From Eutreptiella sp. 'Long Island Sound 2002' (lineage: Eukaryota > Protista > Euglenida), in the NCBI GenBank assembly GCA_964036045.1, contig OZ038378.1, forward strand, positions 11,656,001-11,720,000: a stretch of 64,000 nucleotides of DNA. The letters run 5' to 3'. Made by a program: the position numbers and the translations under genes. The notes under the pieces are model-generated. The model was not told the DNA's origin and ran no database searches. It saw only the letters and a program-made list of their open reading frames with translations. The first letter of the stretch is position 1. The number at the start of each line of letters is the position of its first letter. Of the stretch, positions 49,205 to 62,527 are shown piece by piece.

Positions 49205-50518
49205 AACCTTCTAAGAAAATTTGAAAAATGGAAAGTGACAGTTCCCTCCCTCCCCCCCCGCGCTTACTAGACAAGGGCGCCCTCACAAGACACAAGCAGT
49301 GGCATTACCTTAGTTTCTAGTCCATGGGATGGAGGGAAATTGGCTTGCGCTTACGGGGGGGGGGGTCACTGATGTCCATTTCCCAAACCCTCCCCCTTTT
49401 GGCCGACCGTGACAAGGCAATGACAACGGGTACGGACACAGCCCCCCCCATTCCCCATTATCCCCGATGGTGGTGGCATTTGTGTCTGGTCTATTCCAGT
49501 TGCATCCCACAGCATAAGGGCCAAGACATTACTGGGTAGTGGCCCCCTTGAAAAGGCAATGAATGACTGAAGATGGAGATGGTGATCTCATGGAATCTAG
49601 GCATGTGTAAGCTTGACAACATACTGTACACTCTGATGTATGGTTGCACCTTATCTCGCAACAGGGTGTCGATTACGGATGAATGACATGTAGACAAGAA
49701 ATCCAATGGAGGATACATCATACTCAATAGCCCTTGAAAGGTTAGGATTATGTGTTGGTTTGCATATGCAAAATGCTATGCAGGTAAGCAGCAAGGAGAG
49801 TTGACCAGGCTACTGTCATTTGTTGGCACATGACTCCAACGCTCCCTGTGAATATAATGAAACAATTGCCAAATGGCATGTTAAGCTCACCCTTGCAACC
49901 CAGGTAGCCATCAGTAGACCGCTTTCTGCTGACTCACAAGACTCACAAAAACAAACCAATGAAGAATATTTGAAAATTGTGTGGGACATGGGAAAAATAT
50001 GAGGGTGACTGGGGAATGGGGATGTGTGCAGGGAGCTCTGTGGGGTCGATCGCAAAAGCACCACACCTGTGAGGTTGGGAGGTCACCAGAAATTGCATAT
50101 ATGCAGGGGTGCTGAGGCATTCTGCTGGCCCCAAGTTTCAGGAGGTAAGATGGGAGTTGGTCTGGAGCCAAGGCAACCATGGGTGCAGGGCGTCCCCAGG
50201 GGACATAATACTTGCAGTCAATCTTGGAGATGGTGCTGGACATGTGGATATGATGAGCATCGCAATAAGATTTGTGAGAAAAGAAAACACGAGCATAGTC
50301 AAGTAAGCGATTGGGACAGGCATTAATGCATGCGAAAAGACTCCAAACTAGGGTTCCAGTGGCCACGACAGCACCAAAAGTCTACACTGTGCACTGTGTG
50401 CACACTGTATGAATGGCATCCCCCGGCAATTGTTTTCTGAGCAACGGGGGTGGGGGGCTGGGCGGGAGGGGGGTTATAGGTATATAGCCTCTCTTGGGAC
50501 CCACCCACCCTAGAACCC

Positions 50519-53500
50519 AAAAATCCTTTTGCCTTCGGCAAATCCACCTCGCAGAGAATCTACCGTAAGCAACACACACCCAAAATAGGGTGAAAACTAC
50601 ACAAACACGGGCTAAAACATGCTTTACATATCTTGCATGGTCATTTTAGGTGATCACAATATCAAAAAATAAGTTTCGGAAACTTCAATTTTGAAGCTGT
50701 ATAGGCTGGAAAAAGTGCATAAGCAGGTTGTGTACCAATCCCGTTTGGAACCCCCCCCCCCCCCCCCCCGCCACCCAATACCCAAATAGGGTGAAAAACT
50801 CATAAATACGGCCTAAAACATGCTTTGCGTATCTTGGATAGTCATTTTAGGTGATTAGAAAATAAGTTTCGAAAACTTCGATTTTTGAGCTGTCCAGGGT
50901 GAAAAACTGCATTAGCAGGTTGTGTACCAATCCCTTGGAAGCCCCCCCCCCCCCCCCCCCCCCGCCCTCCCGCCCAATATCCAAATAGGGTGAAAAACAC
51001 AGAAATACGGCCTAAAACATGCTTTACATACCTTGGATGGTCATTTTAGGTGATCACAATATCAAAAAAGTAAGTTTCAAAAACTTCGATTTTTGAGCTG
51101 TATAGGCTGTGCACGGGCCCATTCACTGGGCCATTATTGGTGGAAACAGTCATTTCACGTCTTTGGCACGGGTTTTGACCGGCCCTCAGCAAGGCTAGAG
51201 ACTGCAAAAAACGTCCTTTCGCATCCTAGTAGGCATATACTGTCACAACATCCCCACTCACACCCCTCAGAGTGGGTACCACAGGGTCACTGAGGTCACC
51301 AAAACCGCCAACATAGCAAAACGGCTGAAAAGTGCATAAACTGCATAAGCGCTCATCCCACTCCGCCCCATACAAACCCCATGGAGTCGGGATCCGGAAA
51401 CACTTTTTCGGCTCAAAATCGAAAAAAACCAAAAGATTCTTGATTTTGGACCCGAAAAAGGGGGTCATTTTTGACCCCCCCCCGCCCCCCCCCCCCCCCC
51501 CCCCCACATCCCTCAAAACCTCAAAAAAGTGGGTTTCAAGTGGGGGGGTCCAGGGGGGTCCGGACCAAAAACTTATTGGGGGATGCGTTTATTGGACAGA
51601 ATAATGATTTTACAAGGGGTTAAACTAACAATTCAACCCCTTGGGGTAGGGTACGCGAATAGGCCCAAAAAGGCCCAAAATGGGGGGGTATGTGGCGTTT
51701 TTCCCTATATCAACCACCCCCCCAATTCGGCGAAGAAATCCCAACAATTCGGCAGGACAATTCGGCGGGCCTATTTTTCGGCGAACTGCTTCCCAGTCAC
51801 CAGGATTATGACCCTGGCCCCCCAAACACACTGTCCCTTTGGTTGCTGTGTTGTCACAGACATGTAGAAACCCTTGTAAGCTGAAAAATTTTTTGCATCG
51901 TGCAGGCGCTATAAGACGAAAAATGATGATGGCAGAGCGAAAATGAGTGGTTAACTGGTTACAATGCTGGGCTGTAGGACGCTGAAATGTTGGGTACTCA
52001 GGTTCTAACCCCTTTGAGGGTACTTTTGTGACCTGGACCCAGAGTCAAAGACAGGTTTTTGCAAGTGTCCGGGGGGTAACTTGGGGTAACTTGGTCCCAC
52101 CGTTTCGGTTTGTGGCGCTTTTTTTTGCATGTGCACGGGACGACTGTGCACTTTCTGAATATCCAAAAAGCGCCGATTGCTTCAACGACATTTTGGAAAA
52201 ACGGCACCGTTTTTGGGCGGGGTCACCCAGAAAAATGGCAAAACCTGCCCACAGTCAAATAGGGGGTTTTGGAGGTGTCCGGGGGGTAACTTGGTCCCAC
52301 CGTTTCAGTTTGTGGCGCTTTTTTTTGCATGTGCACGGGAAGATTGTGCACTTTCTGAATATCCAAAAAGCGCCGATTGCTTCAACGACATTTTGGAAAA
52401 ACGGCACCGTTTCTGGGCGGGGTCACCCAGAAAAATGGCAAAACCTGCCCACGGTCAAATAGGGGGTTTTGGAGGTGTCGGGGGGGGGAACTTGGTCCCG
52501 GCGTTTCAGTTTGTGGCGCTTTTTTTTGCATGTGCACGGGAAGACTGTGCACTTCCTGAATATCCAAGAGGTGTGCATTGGTATAACGACATTTTTGAAA
52601 TCTGGGCCCGTTTCTGGCCGGGGTCACCCAGAAAAATCACAAAAAAATGAACAACAACAAGAGCACACTCCTTTGGCACTGCACCCAACCCGCAAATGCA
52701 GAGAGAGAACAAAGGCACACAGAAACAAATGCACAGAGATTTCTCAAGCAATGAACGTCCGCAGTGGGAATGACTGCAATCGCAGTCTCAGAGTCCGGAA
52801 TCCACTGATTGGGGGCCTGTTGATGAGCTGCCCGAAGAACGGCGGCTGAAGAACGCACTGGGCCGTGCAGAGCGAACACAAAATTCGCAAACTGCCCCCT
52901 CACCGGCATCAGGATACTTGTCCCGAAGCAAAGCTTGATCAGCGGAGGACAACGAATCCCAGCGTCCTTTTGTGGACAGTAAAAACACTGCATGGTGCCA
53001 ATCTGAACAACCAATGTAAAAAGAAAAGGTATTATGCAGTGTCCCAAAGTAAGGGATGCCTCCAACTCAGGTGACCCAGAACCCATAAACCCCAACAGGT
53101 CGGCAAAACGAGGCGGCAAAGTCCCAGAAACCTAGTGATTCGGCAAAACAAATCGGCGAAATTCAGAAACCGAACAATTCGGCAGACCAATTCGGCAAAT
53201 TCGGCCAAATTCGGCCGCCAAATTGGGGGGGGGGGGGGGTTGGCATTGCTTCAAAGGCCAAGCTGAGGACAATTTGCAGCGCAATGTCAGATTGCAGTGC
53301 TACACGCAGCATTGTCCGGTCATCGGATGCAGGCGGGGCGGTTTGCGCCGCGCCCCACACAGCACCAACAATAGGCTGTTACCACGTAGTACAATCAGCG
53401 GCAGAACAAAAAATTAAGACTGAATATCTTTGGCGCACACACATCATGAATGCCTGAGGTAACGAACAATTCGGCAGACCAATTCGGCAAATTCGGCCAA

Positions 53501-54641
53501 ATTCGGCCGCCGAATTGGGGGGGGGTTGCTATATGCGCCTGCCTGGCTTTGATCTAACAACCTCGCACTCCATGGGGTTTGTATGGGGCGGAGTGGGACG
53601 AGCGCTTAGGCAGTTTATGCACTTTTCAGCCATTTTTGCTATGTTGGCGGTTTTGGCGACCTCGGTGAACCCGTGGTACCCACTCTGAGGAGTGTGAGTG
53701 GGGATGTTGTGACAGTATATGCCTACTAGGATGCAAAAGGATGTTGTTTTGCGGTCTCTAGCCTTGCTGAGGGCCGGTCACAACCCGTGCCAAAGACGTG
53801 AAATGACTGTTTCCACCAATAATGGCTCACATGAGTGAATGGGCCAGTGCACAACCTGCTTATGCAGTTTTTCAGCCTATACAACTCAAAAATCGAAGAT
53901 TCTGAAACTTATTTTTTTTTGATATTTTGACCACACAATATGACCATCCGAGGTATGTAAAGCATGTTTTAGGCCGTATTTATGTGTTTTTCACCCTATT
54001 TGGGTATTGGGTGCGGGGGGGGTCTCCCAAGGGATTGGTACACAACCTGCTAATGCAGTTTTTCACCCAGGGCAGCTCAAAAATCGAAGTTTTTGAAACT
54101 TATTCTTCCGAACCCGTGACCACCTAAAATGACCATCCAAGTTATGTAAAGCATGTTTTAGGCCTTATTTACGTGTTTTCACCTTTGGGCGCCGGGGGGG
54201 GGGGGGTTTCCGGGGGGGTCTCCCAAGGGATTGGTACACAACCTGCTAATGCAGTTTTCACCTTGGGATCAAAAATCGAAGTTTTCTAAACTTACTTTTT
54301 TGATACTGTGATCACCTAAAATGACCATCCAAGGTATGTAAAGCATGTTTTAGGCCGTATTTATGAGTTTTTCACCCTATTTGGGTATTGGGCGCACGGG
54401 GGGGGGGGGGGTCAAAAGGGGTTGGTACACAACCTGCTTATGCACTTTTTCCAGCCTATACAGCTTCAAAAATTGAAGTTTCCGAAACTTATTTTTTGAT
54501 GTTGTGATCACCTAAAATGACCATGCAAGATATGTGACGCATGTTTCAGCACGTATTTATGTAGTTTTACCCTATTTTGGGTGTGTGTTGCTTGGGGTAG
54601 ATTCTCTACGAGGTGGACTTGCCAAAGGCAAAAGGATTTTC
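50519..54641. mobile_element. ~4.1-kb foldback element with long modular inverted arms (50519-51387 / 53567-54641)
   Basis: The right arm is the reverse complement of the left. Each arm has a unique ~300-bp inner block plus ~190-200-bp subrepeats (about 3 left, 4 right). No transposase ORF in the spacer. Confidence 0.85.
52065..52640 (+). repeat. Three tandem ~200-bp units inside the foldback spacer
   Basis: GTGTCC/GTGTCG-poly-G-AACTTGG unit starts at 52065, 52275 and 52475. Confidence 0.92.
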
Positions 54642-57600
54642 CATTTTTGACCTGTAGAGGGTGGAAAATTGCTCAAGCAGTTTGTGCATACACCAAAGGC
54701 CATTGAACCACCGACAAACAGCAATTTTGAAAGCTTTTGGGGGGCCCATGGCTCGGGCTAGATGGGCCCAGTGGCCACTACATGGGTCCCCATGGGTGCT
54801 CAAGTACCCGTATTGTCACCAAATGATCACCCAAACCCATCCTAGAGGCAACAGAAGGTATTCATGAAAGCTCGAATTTCAAAAAACTTTCACGTGCCAC
54901 TAAACACCCTATCCAGCGTGAAAACGGCTAAGTCCTCACTGCCAAGGGGCCATATGGGGGGCGGCGACTGGGGGTACCTGGAGTTGGGACCCAGGACCCC
55001 CGCCATGGGTTAGGGGGTCCATATACAAGAAAAAAGTTCTTCAAGACCCAGGTCCAAATACACACATAGCGGTCACAATACGCCAAGAAGTTTTGACCCC
55101 CACCCCACCCCCACCCCCACCCCCTTAAAAAGGGGGTACCCAGGTGCGGGGGGTTACGGGGGTCAAAATCCAAAAAATCATTGGGGGATCATTTTTGGTC
55201 CTAAAATGATGATTTTACAAGGGGTTAGACGTCAGAAACCATACATTGGGGTATGCTACGCGAACGACCCCAAAAAAGGGGGGTATACGACGCACGCGCA
55301 TGCACTTGATCTAACAACCTCTCTTTGAGGTGATTTTTCTACTTGGGAAAAAAGAAATTTTGAACAGAGAGCCAGAAATGAGAGGCCCATTTTAAGTCCC
55401 CCCCGCCGCTCCCTTGCTCATCCCCCCCCCCCACGGAGGGCCGACGGTCCCAAGTAGGCGCAGTCTCCCGCGGCAGCCACCGGCGACTTGGCAAGGCGCC
55501 AGAGGTGCTCCCATTGAAGCGGCGGCATCCAACCCATAACCCAGAATGCACAGAGCGTGGAAACCGCTGCCCCCAGCGTCGAGGTCTGTAAGCCAACTTG
55601 TAAAGCAGGAGGAGGACATTGTTGCCAAGTGACGGTTCCCTCGGGGGGGGGGGGGGGGTTGGACACCACCGCAAACCAAAACACTTATCCGCCCATACTG
55701 TTTATAATTCATGGCCAGTCGCTGGCTTGCTGTTGGTTGCCAAAGGCTTTTGGATACACGCTGGCATGCATACATGCTGATGGTGTGAGGCACATGGCAC
55801 ACACAAGCGGACTGCTCAACGCACTGCAGCCATCCATCAGTTTTCTGGCTGCCCCTACTGCTGAACAGTAACAGAGTAAAACTTCTCTCCCGGTCCCACA
55901 GAGTCTCAAACTGCTGCACATGCTTCCCATCAGCGACAGGGATGGACGAGCTGGCTGCAGCCGGCTTCGCTGCAGGCTGCTGTGCACGTTTGGCTGCAGG
56001 TTTGGGCACTGTTGTTGCCACCAACGTTTTAGGGATCCACTTTTCCTCCGGGATGTCCCGAGTACAACTTGTCCCCACAGGTGTGTACACTGTCACTGCC
56101 ACTAGAATGCACAGACTCAGGCATGAGTTGTGACAATTATGTCTCACAGTTGTGGTCCTGTGCAATATGACATTGATGCGTTTCTTTTGGAATTAGGCGG
56201 TCAGCCCCCCCCCCCCCTCCCTGGGGAAGAGGGATGGCCATGAATCAGCGATGGTCGCTACCCCAGAGGGACAATCAATGACGCCCCTCGGGGGAGGGTA
56301 AGACAAGGGCGACGACTCCGCAACGGGGGTCCTCATGGGCATGCCGTCGGACGACAAGAACTGGATGTTGGCTGCAGCCATGCCAGGGACAGCAGCATGA
56401 AGGTGGCCCTCAAGGGAAAAAAAGGCAGGGGTGGTTGTGGGCATAGGGATGCAGATGGCAAATGGTCACCAAGCGGGTCATGTGCAGCGAGTAAAGGCAG
56501 CAGAATTAAGATCAAATGAGGTTAGCTGGCGGTGTCGCCGAAGCCCCCTGATGGGGCAACACATCCGATGACAAGCTCAGTCATGGGGCATTGTGGCTGC
56601 TGATGGGAGCTGATGCTCAGCTGCATGACCCAGCTTGGAGGCGATCACTGGTTGCACTCCACGTTCCGGGGGCTGATCATCGGCTGAGGTTCACGTGCCA
56701 TGGCAATGCTAGGGCACAGGACGGTGAGCAGACCGACAGACACTGACAAGAGCCCGATGACAGGGACACCATGTAGCCCCCCATCTGCAGAAACCCGCAA
56801 TGTTCCGTCAGACTGCATACCGTTGGTAAGCGAACACCAAGACAAAGGCAAACAAGCGCCGTTCAACCACCGGGGTGGTGGTCGTGTGGCATGCCAGCCG
56901 CTGCGCAAACACGGGGGTGGGTGGGGGCGAGGGATCCGCAACGGATCCCAGTTCGTGTGAAATTGAAGGAGCAATTTGGGCTCTCGAGCCAAGGGCAATT
57001 GAATATGCCCAGACGCAGGTTTGTAGATTTGGGACCATACGAGACTCTTGTGTAGGCGCTGTTGGTGTGTTTTCAAAAGTGACCCTTTCGTGGGGTTTCA
57101 TCTTGTCCCGAGATAACCGCAAGCACCATTTTCAAGTCAGGTCACACATGTTCCGCGGACATACAAACGGTTTGGACGGAATCCCCAGAGGACTGACCTT
57201 GTTCAACAAAGCTGTCTATCAAGAGCTCCCGCAACCAGCACTCTGAGGCACACAATCGGGGCACATTGTTTGTAATGTCTGGCACCCTCCAGAGGGTCCT
57301 CAAATAAGGCAGAGGCGACTCCAGCTGCCGGTGTGTGTGTTGGGGGGGGGGGGTGACGACAAAATGGACACATGCTGGTGCAGGAAAAGGGACAAGGAAA
57401 AAGGAAGGGGGGTCAAACGAAAAAGAGGTTCAGGCAGGAGCCAGCAGTTCAGTGCACGGGGGGGGGGGGTCCAAGAAACCACAAAATTTCCCATTTTGGA
57501 GGCATCCGCGTCCCCCCACATACCTCATTGAGAAACTTCTCCATGTTCTTATCAGGGGATTGGGCCGTCACTCAGAAGGTGGGGGTGGGGGTGTTTCCTA

Positions 57601-59283
57601 AAGGCTGGTCGGGTACCGCGTACCGCACCCGGTGCCCAGTGCCATGCCTGTTTTTGTTGATCAAGATCATTTGCGGGCCATTCGTCATGTATGTGAAGCC
57701 GTAAGTGCGGAAGGGGGGCTGCAGCGTTGTAGGAAAGAGTGGAATGTCTGTTCCACTGCTTACCATTGCCACGGGGTACCGCCGTACTGGAAAAGGTAAT
57801 ATTGTGGCGCCGTGGGCCCCAAACTGTAGCCCCTGGAAACATTTGTGGCGCCTGGTGCCCCATTGGCGCCTGCAGGTGGCGGGGTGGGATGCCAGGTGGG
57901 AGGGGCTCCAGAAACAGAAGGGGGTGAGGTAGGCTTTGACGCAGAGACATGCACGTGCGGTGCGAAGCAAACAGAGTTTGTTATGTACAGAGTTTGTTAT
58001 GTAGCAAAACACATAAGTGTGCGGCACAGCAGTTTCCCCTGATCTGGTCCCTGTCCTGCCCAGCAGCATGCAAAACGCGGGATTCGTGCTTGCTTCATCA
58101 CACACTGCCCACACACCAAAAATCTAAAAAGATTCTGAAAATAAGAGGGATCCATCGCTGTCAGGGAGTGGGGGAAATCCGGGCATTCCTCGTGGGAATG
58201 CTAGTGTTAGTTTCCACGAAGGGTTAGGCTTGCCCCTTGTCAAAGGGTGAAGGGACAACGGGGGGCATCGATCAATCCTCAAACTATGGGGCTCAGCTCA
58301 GACGCCAGAACGAGCTACATGAACAAAGCAGAGAACAAATCAGCCGAACAAGAGCTACTTCCACACGGATCGCATGTGCAAATCCACCTCCGACAGCCCA
58401 ACCGTAATATCCGTGTCAACCCGTCAGGATGCGTTGCCCATAAGTGCGAGAGCCACCAAAGCAGCGGTGTGTGCCACGGACGGGGTGAATGATTGCCCAG
58501 TGACGGGACGCCGAACCCATGCACTGGTGCTCCCCAGGCCCGATCGACGCCCCAACAACCGTATGAGCTGCAACAGGAGGCAGGGAAAACCGGCAATGGG
58601 CCCGGGCCGCGGCCTTCATAAACAGGGCAATCATGTGCACTAGGGCCTCTTGAGTGGCACCGGGTCAACAACAACTGGTCCGTAGGACTCGGTCCCCTGC
58701 TGAAACCAACGTAAACAGAAGGAGACTGAACAGAAAGGGGCAGGGGCCCAGCAAAACAGAGAGAGGGCCCATGAAACCTGGCTCAGCCCACACCAAACCA
58801 CAGGTTCATGCTCAAGCTCTGCCACTCAGCATTTGGCCCCTCGAGCTGGGGGCACTGAGGCCGGCGCGGACTGCCAATTAGCTCCTGCTGCGCCTGCCTT
58901 CCACGACGTTCATCGCTCTAAGCTCATGACAAAGTCTGCATCGCATATCTCTGGCCACTTCCACCGATGGTCCTCGCCACGCAGGCCCCCGTCCCCGTCC
59001 TGAGTGTGCTGCTGGGGCTTGCTTTGAGAGGGGCGATCCACAAGGGCACCAGAGACAGCTGGGGCACACCACCACCATTTTCAAGCATAAGGTGAGACAT
59101 GTGCGGCGCGGAGTGCGCACAGAATATGCGGAAGACTGACCGCTGTATGACAAAGCTGAACTCCCGGACCGTTCGCTCGGAGACACTTTGCGGGGGGGTC
59201 GGGGGGGGGGGCTGGGGGGTCCATGAGTACACCTCAGCGCCCCACATGAACCAACCCCCCCCGACGAGTGAGCTTGGGTTGGG

Positions 59284-59915
59284 TCACTTTTTCAGGAGTT
59301 TGCTGGCAATGCCTCCCGCAATGTCCCGCGCCTTCTCCCCCACTCGTTCCCCGACGGCCCCTACCCATCCACTCGGGTTGAGCCCTCCCCCTGGGGCCTG
59401 CTGTCCCGGCGACCCCCCAGAGGGCGCCCCTGGGGACTGGTACTGGGGGTTGCATGGCGGGGGAGGGGCGGCAGAGTGTGGGCCTTGTGCGGGAGCGGGA
59501 TGGTGGTTCAGGCCGGGATTGGGCTGAGGGGCCGGGGAAGGCCATCCACCAGGCGCTCCTGGAGGGGGGTTTGGGGGCTGGCATGGGGCCGCAGTGCAGC
59601 TTACCGGCGGGGGGGCTGCCTGTGCCACTGGGGCTGCAGGCGGCGGCGGCTGTGAACGGCCCCCACAGGTGACGCACAGCCAGCAGGCTCCGCAGCACAG
59701 CAGCAGCACCACCAGCCCTAAGTAGCCTGAGACGCAACCCTGCCCGATCCTGAGGGCTAGGTCTGCCTTTGGGCACTGGTCAAGGCCCCCTTTGAGCTCC
59801 GGGCCCCCGAGGACGCTCATGATCAGCCACACAACGTTCCCCAACAGGACCCACAAATACACATAGACGCCGACGTCGTACAAGAGCAGTTTGAGGGTCT
59901 TCCTGGGGACACGAT
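59284..59915 (-). CDS. Multi-pass membrane protein, exon 2 (2 TM plus Pro/Gly/Gln-rich tail)
   Basis: TGCACAG| acceptor, phase 1. LLLYDVGVYVYLWVLLGNVVWLIMSV, GYLGLVVLLLCCGACWLCV, then a PPP-rich tail. Confidence 0.75.
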
Positions 59916-60749
59916 CTGTGCAAAGGGGTGAAAGCGGCGAGACATGTACCCAAGGAAAACACTCGTAGGTGGCCAACATTTGTGCGGTGCTCTCAGAGTG
60001 CTCGCAGCCCCCTCATGCCCCCGATGCAAACACGCCCAACACACCAACAACTGCAGAAACAACACTGGGTGTGGTTTGAACAAGGCCACTGTTGATGCAC
60101 GACCTTACCTTACTACACACAGAACATGGCGCCCACAAATGAGCGATCTGTGCGATTTTGGGTCTTCGGGTGTTTCTATGCTCAAGAGTTGGCAACCAAT
60201 TTGGGTACTGGCATACACAGTGTAAATTCCTCAGTGGTGCTTTGGGCATTTTTGCTCAGACTTACGATTGGGCCACATGTCCTAATTGCAAGCCTTGTCT
60301 TTCATCTAAACTTAGCCTCCAGATGGATCTTCTGTGTCCTCTGCAGTTGCACTCTGCGAAAAATCCACTGCGCATAAGCAGATTTAGTACTCTTTGTCTC
60401 CTCCCAAGCAGGTGCAGTAATTGCCGCAAAGAGGCCAGAACAAGGAACAGAGGAACACTGAGGAAATGGAAGGCAAAGTATGACAGTGCTACTAAGCAGG
60501 GCATCGGGGGGTCGAGCCCACCGGAATGGGAGAGGGGTGGGGTATGTAGCATGCGTCAATCCGACCAAGGCACTTGCGCGGTACACCTGTGTAGGCTCAG
60601 CAAGCGCTAGTCTTATGTACCCCCCTGTGGCCAACAATGGCAGGGGCGTGGCAGGTTGCGGCAACAACATATTGTGTTGGTTCCACAACGGCCTTGTCTT
60701 CGTGCGAGGTCTCTGTTGGACTGGGCTTGGGCATCTTGCTAGGCTAAGG

Positions 60750-61380
60750 AACATCATGTTGACATTCATGACAACAAACACAAAATATCGTCCCCAACCA
60801 GCAATCGATGGCAAACCACACCAAACATACTGTTCACAGGCCATGAGAACGCCAGGTTCCCCATGGTAATGCAAGTTGAGGTCCCACAAACAGCGGCACG
60901 CAGGTTACAGGCTATCGCGCCATACTTTAGGTGGGGAGAGGCGGTTTGGCGCACTTGGCGCAAGGGGCTGGGGTTTGGCGCGCAGTTGGCGCAGAAGAGA
61001 GCAATGATCGCTGTTGGCGCAGAGGCGGGGGGGGGGGGGGGTTGGCGTGCTTGTGCGTAGGTGTTCTCCTGCATTGGTGAGCGTTTCATTGGCCAATGTA
61101 GCGCTACATACACCCACCACTGTGCGTGCAAAGCAATACAATTCTTCACGCCTGAAACTACACACTTCGGTGATGTGGTGCTAGTCTCATCTGACGAACA
61201 AACCTCAAGCGCAAGGAATGTGTGGGATGTGGAGAAAATCGCAGGGGATTGGTCGCCGCCAACAGCGCGCCCGACCAACCCCCGCCCCTGCGCCAACACA
61301 CAGGGCTGTTGGTGGACGGCTTTATCAAACAATGTCAGTCTTCTGGGGGTCCCGTCCAGTGGGACTGTGTGTTTACCCGG
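60750..61380 (-). pseudogene. Possible decayed Penelope-like/non-LTR reverse transcriptase fragment
   Basis: Collinear, frameshifted motif remnants DFLHIPH (~61240), MG-PG (~60865) and GDDILC (~60790). Segment 61300-61370 is similar to 57170-57235. Confidence 0.3.
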
Positions 61381-61406
61381 CCTGCCCTTATGCCCTTGTA
61401 GATTTA

Positions 61407-61670
61407 CCCCCTGTGTGACATTCCGTCTGGTTGTTGCTCCTTTACGGGGCCCTGGACGGTCACCCGTTCTTCCCTTCGCATGTTGCGTCGGGTCGCTACT
61501 TTCTGTCGGCCGCTGCGGCCAGTGCTCTTGCTGGTGTCGTTTCCGCGTTCGCGGAGCCCAGTAGGTGGCGTGTTGGGACTGTGCTGAATGTGGCATGGTG
61601 TGCCGTTTGCGTGTCAGCGGCGCCCAATAGTTGGCGTATTGAGGATGTGCTGGTTGTTGCCGGGGTCGTT
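61407..61670 (-). mobile_element. SINE-like dispersed repeat copy (same family as 11221-11483)
   Basis: Reverse-complement match to the intron 1 copy; the element may extend to ~61760. Confidence 0.8.
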
Positions 61671-62527
61671 TGACTGTTTTTGCTGTCCACACACCTCTGT
61701 CCACAGGCCGTCCATCGCCTGCCTCGCTGTGTTTCTGTGCGGCCCAGGTGCCCTGTTCCTCCACGCGCTGTCCGGGCCGTCCCCCATATGCCCTTTTCCC
61801 CCTCACGGTTGGTCTGCCCCTGATGGGCTCCCACTCCTGTTGCGCAAACAGCCCATCTGGGCTGCGGGAGACACCCCCCACCTGATGCCGGTTGAGCAGG
61901 GGTTGCCCTGGCACCCGGTAGCGACGGGGTTGGCTGGCCAAGCCATCCCCTTTATCGTCGCTGCCTCCCATGCGCACGCTCTGCCATCTGCTCCATTCTG
62001 GTTCTCTGTTCCCGCTGTTCCAGTTGCCTCTCCCGCCTCGCTGTGCCCCCCCCTTGCCCCGATGTCGGATGGGATACCTTTGGACTTGGCCGTGGATTTT
62101 GTGGATCTGCAAGTGCCACCAGGTCTAACCAGGTCTAACCACCAGGTCTCATTTTTGGACCTGCAAAACTCCTTTGCGGAGGCCCCCGGCATCCCTTTGG
62201 GTGAAACCTCAAACTGACTTGGGGCCTCCATCTCCGAATGGAGGGGCCAAGGAACCGGGGGGCCAAGTGTGTGAGAGCCCAACTGAAACATCCGAAAAAC
62301 GAAACTAAACTGAAAGTAAAAGTGAAACTAAAACCAACATTGTAACCAATACTGTGTCTCTCGAGGCACCGGTCCACTCGGAGACCATGACACATTGTGT
62401 TTTACGTTTGGGGGATGGGGGCGCAATCATCATTCAAACTGCATCAATTCGTTTGGGGGATGGAACGGGGGGCGGGGTGGGGGGGGCTAGTACATCGATT
62501 CGCGGGGCGTGATGGCGAGGCAGGCAC

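Noticed and set aside
60766-62112. 448-aa minus-strand ORF
   Set aside because: Runs through a SINE-like repeat and decayed element fragments within an intron; chimeric and not gene-like.
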